Source of the DNA: Patescibacteria group bacterium
Lineage (GTDB): Bacteria > Patescibacteriota > Minisyncoccia > Phycocordibacterales > JBBTRF01
DNA: 64,000 bases
Reading direction: 5' to 3'
Assembly: GCA_038065315.1 (NCBI GenBank)
Contig: JBBTRF010000001.1
Coordinates: forward strand, 300,776 to 364,775
Below the pieces are notes generated by a model. That model ran no database searches, was not told where the DNA came from, and saw only the letters and a list, made by a program, of their open reading frames with translations. Every line of letters starts with the position of its first letter. The first letter of the stretch is position 1. The translations under genes and the position numbers were made by a program. This document shows positions 19,395 to 29,378 of this stretch, one piece after another.

Positions 19395-22300
19395 TTACAA
19401 ACACACCGCGCTCGCCAATGTGTCACCATCTCGCAGGCGCATAATACGTACGCCTTGGGTCTGTCGGCCGAGGACCGGAATCTCCTTGATATCGCAGCGG
19501 ATGACCTGGCTCTTTTTGGAGATGGCCACGAGCTCGTTGGCACCATCACCGACCTCGCCTTCTTTCACCTCCTTGGCAGCCGCAGCCACATCCACCACGC
19601 TCGAAGTGATGACCTTGCCGGTCTTGTCGGTGATTTTCGCGGTCAAAATACCGGAGCCGCCGCGCTTCTGCACCTTGTATTCGGAGAGCTCAGTCTGCTT
19701 GCCGTAGCCGTTGCTCATGATCACGAGCAGTGCTGGCTTTTTCATATCCTTCTTCACCACATCGGCACCAATGACGGTGTCGCCCTTTTCGAGACGCATC
19801 GCAATGACACCCATGGCTGCGCGGCCCATTTCGCGGATATCGGTTTCCTTGAATCGGATCGACTGACCTTCGCTGGTCGCAAGGATCACCTCATCGCCCT
19901 TCTCGACAAATCGTACCGACACGAGACTATCGCCAGACTCCAGACCGATAGCGATGAGGCCACTTCGTCGAACATCGTGGAAGGTTTCGGCATTCACCTT
20001 CTTGCCCACGCCATTTTTGGTGATCATGAAGAGACTGAGACCGCTTTTCTTCACCTCCTTCGGCATCGGGAGAATCGAGGTGACGCGTTCGTCGTCGGCC
20101 AGTGCCAAAAAGTTTACGATTGACTTGCCCTTGGTCGCGCGCTTGCCTTCAGGGATCTCGTACATCTTGATCTGGTACGCCTTGCCCTTGTTCGTGAAGA
20201 ACAGCATGTCCGCATGCGTGTTCGCATTCAAAATATGGGTGATGAAATCCTCTTCTTTCGTATCGAGATCCACCACACCTACACCGCCGCGCTTCTGTCG
20301 GCGATACTCGTCTGGCAAGGTACGCTTGATGTAGCCACCCGCAGTGAACACGAGCACAGAGTCCACGTCTGGGATGGTGTCCTCAGGCTTAAATTCCTTC
20401 ACACCTCCACGGATGACCTTGGTGCGTCGCTCGTCGCCATATTTTGCACGCACTTCGAGCAGTTCTTTCTTGATCACCGCCAAAATCTTCTTCGCGCTCG
20501 AGAGCAAATCCTTGAGCTCGCGAATGAGCGCCTGCACAGCGTTGAGTTCGTCTTCAATCTTCTGTCGTTCGAGGCCCGCGAGACGCGACAGCTTCATTTC
20601 CAAAATAGCAGTCGCCTGGCGGTCGGAGAATTTGAAGGTCTTCATCAAATTGAGATGCGCCTCCGGGGTGTCCTTCGACTTTTTGATCAATTTAATGATC
20701 TCGTCGATATGGTCGAGCGCTTTCTTGAGGCCGAGCAAAATATGCTCACGGTCTTCAGCCTTGCGGAGGTCAAATTCGGTGCGACGACGCACCACCACCT
20801 GTCGATGCTTAATGAATTCCTCGAGCACGCTCTTGAGCGAGAGTGTCTGCGGCACGCCGTCCACGAGGGCAACGGTGTTGAAGTGGAACGTATCTTCGAG
20901 CTGTGTGTGTTTATACAAAAAGTTCAGCACGGCCTGTGGGAAAGCACCCTGCTTGAGGTCGATCACCACGCGAATGTCTTTCGTAGACTCGTCTCGGAGG
21001 CCCTTGATACCTTCGACCTTCTTCTCGCGAACGAGGTCGGCGATGGTCAAAATAAGGTCGGCTTTGTTCACTCGATATGGGATCGAGGTGATGATAATCT
21101 GGAACGAGCCGTTCTTAGTCTCCACGATTTCCGCTTCGCCGCGCACCACCACGCCGCCGCGGCCAGTGGTATACGCATGCTTCATTTCGGCAGAAGCGTA
21201 CAGCATCGCGCCAGTCGGGAAATCCGGACCCTTCACAAATTGCAAAAGGTCTTCCGCAGAAGCATCGGAGTTGTCGATGAGATGCGTGGTCGCATCCACC
21301 ACTTCGCCGAGATTGTGCGGCGGAATGTTGGTCGCCATACCGACGGCGATACCAAGGGTGCCGTTCAAAAGGAGATTCGGGACAGCAGCCGGCAGCACGC
21401 CCGGCTCTTTTCGAGTGTTTTCGTAGTTTGGTCGGAAGTCGACAGTGTCTTTCTCAATATCCTGGAGCATCACGGTCGAGATGCGCGCCATCTTCGCCTC
21501 AGTGTATCGTTCTGCCGCGGCGCCGTCACCGTCGATTGAGTTGTGCACGAATACGCCCGCCGCCAGCGCAAAATTGTGGCTTACCGGCACAGTGAGGTCG
21601 TATACATCTTCGCGTTCGCCTGAGAATTCAACGCGAGAAACTTTGTGGTTTCCCACGAGCTCAACCGTAAGTCGGTCGAGATTAGAACCGTAATATTTAC
21701 TGAAACCAACCTCCCATGAAGTGGCCGACCTGTACGGGTACACCTTCGGACGAAATTCTTCGTAAGTCTCCTTGGAAAGCGGTACACCCTTCTCGATCAA
21801 TTTCTTGCAAACCGTGTCGAATTTCTTCTTCCCGGTCTTGTTTGTGGTGTGATTTTTGTTTCCCTTGATGATCCGCGCGTGCATCTCTTGGCGATACGCC
21901 TCATCCTGCCACAAACGCTTCAAGGTCTTGGTTGCGCGAGCCGAAAGTTCCAGACGCTTTTCTGGATGAGCTGCAATGTACTCAAGATTCACTCGACTGA
22001 GCGTCTCGATCATCTGCGCACGGTATTCAGGATTCTGCCAATTCTGCTTATTCCTTTCCGACATCGCCTGGCTATACTGCTCTTTTACGCCAGCCTTTGC
22101 ACGAAACGCCTTTCTACCTTCCGCAAGCTTCTTTACGTACTCGGGATCATTTTTATGTCGGCCAGCAGTCAGTTCGGAATGAAGTCTCCAATGATCGATC
22201 CATTGCATTCGCTGGATATTTTCTGGACTATTGTTGCCTTTATTAAAATCGACATGATGTCGGACCTTGCCGGCTGACTTGGCATATTTACCAATAGAAA

Positions 22301-23141
22301 TGTTGAGGGCATCGGCCAAATGATGCGCATACTCCCAAGTATTATCGAGAGGTTGGTAGATCATCTCGTATCCAACCATATCCGAAAGTGCACTTTCTCC
22401 TTTTTCAGAAAGACGGCTGTACAAAGGCATCAATGATTCACCTGGCTTTAGATATTGCGCCTCTTTATAATCCTGATTCTTCAGAAGGAATTTGTGGTTT
22501 AGCGTACATTTGATCTCTTTTCCATTGTCGAGCACCACCTTCATGATCTCAGCGTCCTTAATCGTCAGTCGCGGCTTTATCAATTGAGCAATTTCCACCT
22601 TTCCCTCTTTTGAAACAGTGAAGGTGTAATTTTTCTTGCCCTTCTTGTCCTCATTGATGAGTTCACCAAAAGAAAGATTGCGCCCATCAGCGAGTCGAAC
22701 TTCCGTATCTTTTGTAAAACAACCGAAGTTACCCTGGCCGATGATCAGCGGGTATCGAATCGAAAAATCCTGCGCCATCTTCACCATAGATTCATACACC
22801 GCGACGTTGCCGTGCGGGTGATATTTTCCGAGCACGTCTCCCACCACCGCCGCAGACTTTCGCGTCTTCGCGCTCGCCACCAGGCCCATCTCGTGCATTG
22901 CATACAAGATACGTCGGTGCACCGGCTTCAAACCGTCGCGCACGTCAGGCAGGGCTCGCGCAGTGATCACGGACATCGCGTAGTCCAAATACGAGTCGCG
23001 CATTTCGGTAGTGATGCTGCGACTCACCACGTTCTCGCGTGCAGGCAAAGCCGACGCCTCTGATGCGCCACTTTTTCCGCCCTTATCGCTTTTGCCTTCG
23101 CTGCCGCCCTTTGGCTTCTTGTCTGAATCTTTAGATGACAT
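19395..23141 (-). CDS. gyrA: DNA gyrase subunit A, intein-containing
   Basis: SYLDYAMSVI, DGLKPVHRR, YHPHG, catalytic RYTEA, GIAVGMATNIPPHNL, GyrA-box QKRGGVG, beta-pinwheel repeats. Confidence 0.97.
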   Translation of the reverse strand: MSSKDSDKKPKGGSEGKSDKGGKSGASEASALPARENVVSRSITTEMRDSYLDYAMSVITARALPDVRDGLKPVHRRILYAMHEMGLVASAKTRKSAAVVGDVLGKYHPHGNVAVYESMVKMAQDFSIRYPLIIGQGNFGCFTKDTEVRLADGRNLSFGELINEDKKGKKNYTFTVSKEGKVEIAQLIKPRLTIKDAEIMKVVLDNGKEIKCTLNHKFLLKNQDYKEAQYLKPGESLMPLYSRLSEKGESALSDMVGYEMIYQPLDNTWEYAHHLADALNISIGKYAKSAGKVRHHVDFNKGNNSPENIQRMQWIDHWRLHSELTAGRHKNDPEYVKKLAEGRKAFRAKAGVKEQYSQAMSERNKQNWQNPEYRAQMIETLSRVNLEYIAAHPEKRLELSARATKTLKRLWQDEAYRQEMHARIIKGNKNHTTNKTGKKKFDTVCKKLIEKGVPLSKETYEEFRPKVYPYRSATSWEVGFSKYYGSNLDRLTVELVGNHKVSRVEFSGEREDVYDLTVPVSHNFALAAGVFVHNSIDGDGAAAERYTEAKMARISTVMLQDIEKDTVDFRPNYENTRKEPGVLPAAVPNLLLNGTLGIAVGMATNIPPHNLGEVVDATTHLIDNSDASAEDLLQFVKGPDFPTGAMLYASAEMKHAYTTGRGGVVVRGEAEIVETKNGSFQIIITSIPYRVNKADLILTIADLVREKKVEGIKGLRDESTKDIRVVIDLKQGAFPQAVLNFLYKHTQLEDTFHFNTVALVDGVPQTLSLKSVLEEFIKHRQVVVRRRTEFDLRKAEDREHILLGLKKALDHIDEIIKLIKKSKDTPEAHLNLMKTFKFSDRQATAILEMKLSRLAGLERQKIEDELNAVQALIRELKDLLSSAKKILAVIKKELLEVRAKYGDERRTKVIRGGVKEFKPEDTIPDVDSVLVFTAGGYIKRTLPDEYRRQKRGGVGVVDLDTKEEDFITHILNANTHADMLFFTNKGKAYQIKMYEIPEGKRATKGKSIVNFLALADDERVTSILPMPKEVKKSGLSLFMITKNGVGKKVNAETFHDVRRSGLIAIGLESGDSLVSVRFVEKGDEVILATSEGQSIRFKETDIREMGRAAMGVIAMRLEKGDTVIGADVVKKDMKKPALLVIMSNGYGKQTELSEYKVQKRGGSGILTAKITDKTGKVITSSVVDVAAAAKEVKEGEVGDGANELVAISKKSQVIRCDIKEIPVLGRQTQGVRIMRLRDGDTLASAVCL
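21540..22721 (-). mobile_element. Intein (394 aa) with HNH-type endonuclease region
   Basis: In-frame GQGNFG|CFTKDT...block B CTLNHKF...VYDLTV..HNFALAAGVFVHN|SIDGD; internal RHHVDFNKGNNSPENI..HWRLH. Confidence 0.93.
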
Positions 23142-23183
23142 CGTGATATGAAACGCGTGTAATAATGAGCCTCTATTCTAGCA

Positions 23184-23498
23184 CTATTCTGCCAATTTGG
23201 AGAGTTCCTCAAACTGCTTTTCTATGGTATCGAAACCTTCAGAAAAAGTCTGCGAGATCGCCTCGAATGGGCTCGCCGGCTCGACGGCTGCCGTACTCGA
23301 TGCACCCGAAGCAGTACTCGTAGCAGTATTCGTCGCCGCCTTCTGTGCCATACCATCCAAGCGCGCCTCGAAACGTTCCTTGGTCGAGACCGCCCAGACA
23401 GAAAAGATGACAAGGGTCACCACTACCGCCACCCCAAGAGCGACATTTCTTCGGTATCGATACGGCTTATTGCGCAACTCGGAGAAGAATCGTTCCAT
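23184..23498 (-). CDS. Hypothetical single-TM protein
   Basis: Basic N-terminus, one TM helix, Ala/Thr/Ser linker. Confidence 0.65.
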   Translation of the reverse strand: MERFFSELRNKPYRYRRNVALGVAVVVTLVIFSVWAVSTKERFEARLDGMAQKAATNTATSTASGASSTAAVEPASPFEAISQTFSEGFDTIEKQFEELSKLAE

Positions 23499-23548
23499 AT
23501 GTCTATTATATAGTGTCGCCGTTCACGTGTCCCGCGCGGCAGGCGTCT

Positions 23549-24184
23549 CTATGCATTCGCCGGCTCCAACACCACCACATCGCCACTCTTCCCTTCCAAA
23601 TCCTTCTTTTTGATTGTGAGTTTGTCCACAGGTTTGGTGGTCTCGCCCGCTTCTTTCAAAAATGCCTTGAGCGCGTCTTTGCTGCCAATAGACCCAAAGT
23701 GCATTGGAATGATGAGCTTTGGTTCGAGCTTCACCGCCATCTTGTATGCTGCGGCCGGAGACAACACGCCTTCACCACCGATCGGCACGAAGAGCACGTC
23801 GATATCGTCGATCGCCTCATTGGTCTCCGCATCGAGATCCTCGCTCACCGCACCAAGAAAACAAATGTTCATATTGTCGAGACCAAGGGTGTAGATGGTA
23901 TTGAGCTTGTCCTTGCCGCCGTATTGCGACTTCGATTTGAAGCCTTTAATAAAAATACCCTTTACCTCGTATTCCCCAGGACCGGACACGATGAACGGCT
24001 TTTTCTCGCCAAATTCCAGCTGCTCTGCGCCGCTAAAATCTGGATGATTCAAGCTCACCAATCCAATGTCCGCACCGAAACGGGGCGATTTGAGCTCCGA
24101 ATCCTTGGCCGGCGGATTGAAAGCGATCACCATGTCGCCAAACTGCATCTTGAAACACTCTCCGCCTAAATATGTGATTACCAT
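23549..24184 (-). CDS. MBL-fold metallo-hydrolase-like protein (degenerate metal motif)
   Basis: MVITYLGGECF, SLNHPDF in place of HxHxDH, GPGEYEV, DVLFVPIGG, IIPMHF. Confidence 0.8.
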   Translation of the reverse strand: MVITYLGGECFKMQFGDMVIAFNPPAKDSELKSPRFGADIGLVSLNHPDFSGAEQLEFGEKKPFIVSGPGEYEVKGIFIKGFKSKSQYGGKDKLNTIYTLGLDNMNICFLGAVSEDLDAETNEAIDDIDVLFVPIGGEGVLSPAAAYKMAVKLEPKLIIPMHFGSIGSKDALKAFLKEAGETTKPVDKLTIKKKDLEGKSGDVVVLEPANA

Positions 24185-24439
24185 AGCGGTAAAAGTATAG
24201 CATACTCGCGGCGCGGCTCCAGCGCTACGCACCTCTACAGCCGCGCCGCTTGCCTTTTCAGCCATTTTAGATATACTATCCCAACGCTCGTCAAGAGCTT
24301 TAATTGTCTTCGACCTCGATAACCCCGCGCACCAAGGCGCATGAGGGAGCCAGTCGCCACCGCACACTATATATAGTGTCGGCAAGCGACCAGGCCGGCC
24401 TCACGGCGTAGCACGGAAACGAAGTCGACATTTATATAC

Positions 24440-25690
24440 ATGTTGTTCAAGATCGGCAAAAAGGCGAAAGCCGTGCCAGTAGACGAGAAGGAAGCAAAAG
24501 TAAACGCGAAAACCGAAGCGAAGGCTGAGGTTGCGGAAGCAACTGAGACGAAAAAGTCTCCTCGCGCAGCCGGAAAAGCAGCGGCGAAAGCAGAGGCAAA
24601 GGCTGAAGCGGAGAAAGTGGCTCCAAAGAAGGCGCACCTCATGGACTCGTTCCTTGAGCAGACCGCGACTACCCCAGTAGTCGGCGACGTCGTGGAAGGT
24701 AAAGTCATAAACATCGACAAAACCGGTGTGTACATCGACTTGCCTCCATACGGTACTGGTATCATCTACGGCCGCGAGTACATCGCCGCACGAGATGTGA
24801 TCAAGAAGATCAACATCGGAGACAATGTTGCTGCCAAGGTTGTTGATGCAGAAAATGAGAACGGCTACGTTGAACTCTCCCTCAAGGAAGCTCGACAGGC
24901 CCTCATTTGGAGTGAGATCGAAGACGCGATCCGCGACCGAAAGGTGTACGAATTGCCAGTGAAGGAAGCCAACAAGGGCGGTTTGATCATCGAGTGGCAG
25001 GGCATCATGGGTTTCCTCCCAGCATCCCAGCTCAAAGCTGAGCACTACCCTCGCGTAGCTGATGGCGACAAGGATCGTATTTTGGATGAGTTGAAGAAGC
25101 TCGTCGGCCAGCGCATTGCTGTCTGCGTCATCTCTGCGATTCCAAAGGAAGGCAAGCTCATCTTCTCTGAGAAGAATCCGGATCAGAAAGACAAGCAGGA
25201 GATCATTGGCAAATACAATGTGGGCGATGAGCTCGAAGGTACTGTCACTGGTATCGTCGACTTCGGTGTCTTCGTAAAGGTGGAAGACGGCCTCGAAGGC
25301 TTGGTCCACATCTCTGAGATCGACTGGTCACTCGTCGAAGATCCTCGCACCATGTTCAAGACTGGTCAGAAGGTCCGCGTGAAGATCATCGAGATCAAGG
25401 AAGGCAAGATTTCCCTCTCTATCAAGGCACTCAAGGAGAACCCTTGGAAGGAAGCGGCAAAGAAGTACAAGAAGGACGATGTCGTGAGCGGCGTGATCAT
25501 CAAGTTCAACCGACACGGTGCCCTCGCCTCTATTGAGGAAGGCGTCGCGGGCTTGGTCCACGTCAGCGAATTCGGCGGTGAGGACAAGCTCCGCGCCAAG
25601 CTCGAACTCGGCAAAACCTACAACTTCAAGATCGCGTTGTTCGATCCGCGGGAGCAGAAGATGGCACTCGCGTTTGTCGATAAGAAGTAA
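24440..25690 (+). CDS. rpsA: Ribosomal protein S1 (four S1 domains)
   Basis: Repeated S1 motifs (VGDVVEGKV, NKGGL, DFGVFV..GLVHISEI, GLVHVSE); Ala/Lys-rich N-extension. Confidence 0.9.
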   Translation: MLFKIGKKAKAVPVDEKEAKVNAKTEAKAEVAEATETKKSPRAAGKAAAKAEAKAEAEKVAPKKAHLMDSFLEQTATTPVVGDVVEGKVINIDKTGVYIDLPPYGTGIIYGREYIAARDVIKKINIGDNVAAKVVDAENENGYVELSLKEARQALIWSEIEDAIRDRKVYELPVKEANKGGLIIEWQGIMGFLPASQLKAEHYPRVADGDKDRILDELKKLVGQRIAVCVISAIPKEGKLIFSEKNPDQKDKQEIIGKYNVGDELEGTVTGIVDFGVFVKVEDGLEGLVHISEIDWSLVEDPRTMFKTGQKVRVKIIEIKEGKISLSIKALKENPWKEAAKKYKKDDVVSGVIIKFNRHGALASIEEGVAGLVHVSEFGGEDKLRAKLELGKTYNFKIALFDPREQKMALAFVDKK

Positions 25691-25697
25691 GAAATCG

Positions 25698-25753
25698 AAA
25701 AATACAAAACAAAAAGAGCTTCCCAGAGGAAGCTCTTTTTGTTTTGTATTTTT
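25698..25753. terminator. Bidirectional terminator between rpsA and the Bro-N gene
   Basis: AAAAATACAAAACAAAAGAGCTTC-loop-GAAGCTCTTTTTGTTTTGTATTTTT. Confidence 0.75.
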
Positions 25754-25823
25754 ACTTTTTTAACCTCTTTGTTTTTTGCACCTCCTTCAGATAATTCTCC
25801 TTCGTACTTATCTTTTTTCCGCT

Positions 25824-26603
25824 CTAGGATTCAAGTTTCTTGCGAGCATCGCCAGCAATCGTCCCACCCTTCGTAGCCGCAACTTTATTTGGAACGAACC
25901 CTTGAGCATCAGTAGTTCGAGCAATTTCTGTGGTCGCCGCCTCACCGAGCATTGAAAAGATGAGTTCTAGGTCATTCATGTGATCACGAAGATTCTCTCG
26001 CTCGAGACCTTTTAGGGTTTTATACTCATTCGGCGTCATGCCAAAAGCCGCTTTTGATATCTCGGCGGTGAGAATAGCGTATTCATTTTGCTCTTTGACG
26101 CCTCGATTCTGCCACTCGTTGGTCAATTCTTCACGAATGGTAATACCCCTCATACGCTTTTCGATCCAGGCATCATCGTAGCCCTTAGCTTTATAAAGAG
26201 CGCGAGTGCGTTTTGTGGCAAGTTCAGGGTCTTCGATCTCCTTTATGCGTTCATAGCCTACAGTAGCCAACCAACGCTTAAATGGTTCGGCTTTGGGTGA
26301 AGGGACTGACTGGATAATGCGGAACAAGCCTTCGGCGTTGGCGCAGTCAGTTTCTCGCATCTTGCCATCAGGGGCCGGCAATTTCAACTGGTGACAAAAT
26401 GTCACCAGTTGACTCCCTTCGTCTTTCAGCCTTTGCGCGAGTTTATTCCAATATTTTCTCGCAGTGAGATCATCGACTTGATCGGTAAGCGCCTGCACTA
26501 CATCCACCACCGAAAACCACCACTCATTGTTGCGGATGATTTTTCGAATCTTCGTGCCCTTAAAGACGGCGATTTTACTGATTGGATTTAGATTTTCTGA
26601 CAT
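25824..26603 (-). CDS. Bro-N domain protein (antirepressor-like), probable premature TAG
   Basis: WWFSVVDVV..RKYWNKL..RIIQSVPSPKAEPFKRWLA..NLRDHMNDLEL; frame continues 23 codons past the TAG. Confidence 0.85.
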   Translation of the reverse strand: MSENLNPISKIAVFKGTKIRKIIRNNEWWFSVVDVVQALTDQVDDLTARKYWNKLAQRLKDEGSQLVTFCHQLKLPAPDGKMRETDCANAEGLFRIIQSVPSPKAEPFKRWLATVGYERIKEIEDPELATKRTRALYKAKGYDDAWIEKRMRGITIREELTNEWQNRGVKEQNEYAILTAEISKAAFGMTPNEYKTLKGLERENLRDHMNDLELIFSMLGEAATTEIARTTDAQGFVPNKVAATKGGTIAGDARKKLES

Positions 26604-26749
26604 TCTGTTATTTCTTATATCTTGCAGTAAAGCTAGTATAGCAAAATAGTGCTCAAGAAACATATAAAAAATGTTAAAGAAAAGCCTAAGAAAAGGTAAA
26701 GAAATTATGAAGAGAAGTCCTCATCACACATCTCTGCTATACTATCGTC

Positions 26750-27496
26750 ATGTATTACACAATCATTGGAGTCGTCGTTTTCATCATTCTTGCCAGCCTT
26801 CGCCAAGTCAACCAGTACGAGCGCGGACTGAAGTTCACTATGGGCCGCTTCAGCAAGATCATGGAGCCGGGCTGGAGGATCGTTGTGCCAGTATTTCAGT
26901 CGTACCGAAAGGTTGATATGCGAGTAAAAGCTGTCGACGTGCCGGACCAGAATGCCATCACAAAAGACAATATTTCAGTCAAGGTGAATGCTGTCTTGTA
27001 CTACAAAGTCGAGTCTGCTGAAAAGGCTATTCTCGAAGTAGAGGATTTCATGTACGCCATGTCGCAATACGCTCAGACTACAATGCGAAATATCGTCGGC
27101 GAAACCACCCTCGACAACCTCCTTTCAGGCCGCGAGACCATCGCCAACCGCATTCGAGAAGTCATCTCCTCCGAATCAACCGCTTGGGGACTCAAGGTTT
27201 CTAATGTCGAACTCAAAGACGTGTCGCTTCCACCTGACATGGAGAGAACTATTGCCAAGCAAGCAGAAGCTGAACGAGAGAAGCGCGCCGTCATCATCAC
27301 CTCTGAAGGCGAGCTCGCTGCATCCGAGAACATGGCCAAAGCTGCGCAAGTACTCGCAGGATCGCCTGGCGCCCTTCACTTGCGCACCTTGCAGTCGATA
27401 AACGACATTTCATCCGATGAATCGAACACGGTCATCTTCACCCTGCCAATGGAGCTTCTGAAAGCGTTCGAGGGATTTGCGAAGAAGAATAGCTAG
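26750..27496 (+). CDS. Slipin/stomatin (SPFH, band 7) protein
   Basis: QYERG, VDMRVKAVDVP, AQTTMRN, WGLKVSNVELKDV, QAEAEREKRA, ALHLRTLQ. Confidence 0.92.
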   Translation: MYYTIIGVVVFIILASLRQVNQYERGLKFTMGRFSKIMEPGWRIVVPVFQSYRKVDMRVKAVDVPDQNAITKDNISVKVNAVLYYKVESAEKAILEVEDFMYAMSQYAQTTMRNIVGETTLDNLLSGRETIANRIREVISSESTAWGLKVSNVELKDVSLPPDMERTIAKQAEAEREKRAVIITSEGELAASENMAKAAQVLAGSPGALHLRTLQSINDISSDESNTVIFTLPMELLKAFEGFAKKNS

Positions 27497-27545
27497 AAAC
27501 AAAAAGAGCTTCTCTGTGTGGACATGCCGATAACGCTTATTTGAT

Positions 27546-28139
27546 TTACTCACAGCTTTTTGGTATATTGTTGTCATCTCCGCTTCCTGAAACCCCCCGA
27601 AGAAACGCCTTTGGCGAGGGAGCGACAAGAAAGTCTGCTGGACCCAGGGGAGTCCCAGTCGGACCTATCAAGTCTCCTCGCCCGAGGAGGCTTTTCAGTT
27701 CATTTCCCCCACTCATCACGGTCCCAAAATGAGTAAGGACAAAGAAGCCATTTTGTTTCTCCGCAGCGATCAAAAGAAAGGTACTTGAATCTGGAACCTT
27801 TTTGATCAAATTGATTCTGTTGGAATTCGGCGGTTCAAGTATGCCATTTCTAAAAGAACGCATATTTACCAGCGCACCATCCCAATCGTTTGCGTTTATG
27901 ACAAAATTTTCCGGAAGAAACTCTCCGTGGTCTCCCCTGATCTTATCCGCAATCATTTTACTAAAAACAAGGTCTCTTTTCTGTCCATCCTGAGAGAGAA
28001 AAGCGGGGACTACAGCAACAACTCCCACCTGGACCTTTCTCGATAGAACTAAATTAACTATTCGTAGACTTTTCCCTTCTCGTGAAGTGACGTCTCGAAT
28101 CTTCCCAGATGCAAACTGCGTTTTCTTGTCTTTTCCCAT
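27546..28139 (-). CDS. Hypothetical protein
   Basis: Open frame of about 197 aa with TGCTACACT -10 just upstream; no family recognised. Confidence 0.5.
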   Translation of the reverse strand: MGKDKKTQFASGKIRDVTSREGKSLRIVNLVLSRKVQVGVVAVVPAFLSQDGQKRDLVFSKMIADKIRGDHGEFLPENFVINANDWDGALVNMRSFRNGILEPPNSNRINLIKKVPDSSTFLLIAAEKQNGFFVLTHFGTVMSGGNELKSLLGRGDLIGPTGTPLGPADFLVAPSPKAFLRGVSGSGDDNNIPKSCE

Positions 28140-28163
28140 AGTGGAAAAAGTGTAGCAAGGCAC

Positions 28164-28193
28164 CGATAGAGAAACTGCTAAGAAAAGCTAAAG
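28164..28193. promoter_or_regulatory. Shared operator-like motif, copy 1
   Basis: CGATAGAGAAACTGCTAA, identical at 60110 and 63414. Confidence 0.65.
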
Positions 28194-28287
28194 TTTTACC
28201 TAAGAAGTAGTAGGGAAAACTTTAGCTTTTATGCACAGCTTCAAAACCCAAATGGTGACATTGTGTCACCATTTGTAAATCAGTACT

Positions 28288-28602
28288 TCAAAATGACTCG
28301 AGCGGGTAAACATCGAGAGCCACCTCTTCATATGGGTGTACCTTCTTTATCGCATCAATCACCCCTTCGACATTTTCCTTATCACAGACAAACTCGATTC
28401 TCTCTTCATCAACTTCTTCAAAAGCACCGATTTCGCCGATGGTTGGATTTGCTCCGTCTAGAGGAAAAAAGCGGCCTTTCCCTTTTAAGGAAAAAGAACA
28501 GTGGCTATAATTGCCAATTTTTCCTGCCCCGGCATCACCAACCACTTTCCTGAGAATATCAGCATGGCTCTCCGGAACAAATACAACAATCTTTACTTTC
28601 AT
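28288..28602 (-). CDS. YqfO/NIF3-insert-like (PII-like) protein
   Basis: KIVVFVP..GAGKIGNYSHCSF..HPYEEVA. Confidence 0.85.
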   Translation of the reverse strand: MKVKIVVFVPESHADILRKVVGDAGAGKIGNYSHCSFSLKGKGRFFPLDGANPTIGEIGAFEEVDEERIEFVCDKENVEGVIDAIKKVHPYEEVALDVYPLESF

Positions 28603-29234
28603 TAAATTTGCAGCGAATTAAAGCTCCCCATCGCAACATCTCGCCCGGACAGGATGACGCAATCGAGCGCTTCGACTGCGGTCTTGATTACCTTCTTGAG
28701 CGTCTCGGCTTCGGGCTTTTTGAAATCGGCGACTATGAAATCGTTGATGAGGTCCTCACTTTCAGGCTTCTTGAGCTTGCCACCAGCAGTCGCAGGTGTG
28801 ATGCCAATGCGCAATCGGATGAATTCTTGAGTCTTCACGCCCTTAATGACGGACTCCACACCGCGATGTCCACCAGAGCTCTTGTTGAATGATACTTTCA
28901 AGCGGCCGAGCGGTAGATCGAGGTCGTCGTGGATGACCACGAGCTGCTCGGCCGCCTTCTTGCTCTTCACCGCCTTCGCCACCGACTCACCCGACTTGTT
29001 CATGAAGGTCTCCGGCTCGAGCACGACTACCTTTTCTTTCTTCATCTTTCCAGTGAGTGCATGTGCACCCTCAATCTTCCCCTCGGTCGCGAGAGCCTTG
29101 AGCATTTTATCAGCCTCAAGCTCAGGCAATCCGTGTTTTTTCACAAAAGCGTCGACGACCATGCGGCCGACATTGTGCCGCGTGTTCAGGTATTCGTCTC
29201 CGGGGTTGCCGAGGCCTGCGATAATGTATGTCAT
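28602..29234 (-). CDS. pth: Peptidyl-tRNA hydrolase
   Basis: GLGNPG..TRHNVG, PETFMNKSG, HDDLDLPLG, SGGHRG. Confidence 0.95.
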   Translation of the reverse strand: MTYIIAGLGNPGDEYLNTRHNVGRMVVDAFVKKHGLPELEADKMLKALATEGKIEGAHALTGKMKKEKVVVLEPETFMNKSGESVAKAVKSKKAAEQLVVIHDDLDLPLGRLKVSFNKSSGGHRGVESVIKGVKTQEFIRLRIGITPATAGGKLKKPESEDLINDFIVADFKKPEAETLKKVIKTAVEALDCVILSGRDVAMGSFNSLQI

Positions 29235-29378
29235 GTTGGAAAAAGTGTAGCACGCGAGCAGCAGCGATGCAAAAAACATGCGCAAGCTGAAAAAATGTGT
29301 TCGTGTGACAAAAAATAATGGTGCGACACATGTCTTGCTCTTGCGTCAACTCACTCGGTCGCGCTAAAATTGCTTGCA

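Noticed and set aside
20214-21539. Long antisense ORFs over gyrA, and likewise over infB, rpsA, valS and ftsZ
   Set aside because: Codon-bias shadows of well-supported genes on the opposite strand.
25824-26603. Prophage inferred from the Bro-N and ORF6N genes
   Set aside because: Both are isolated among housekeeping genes, with no structural or integrase genes.
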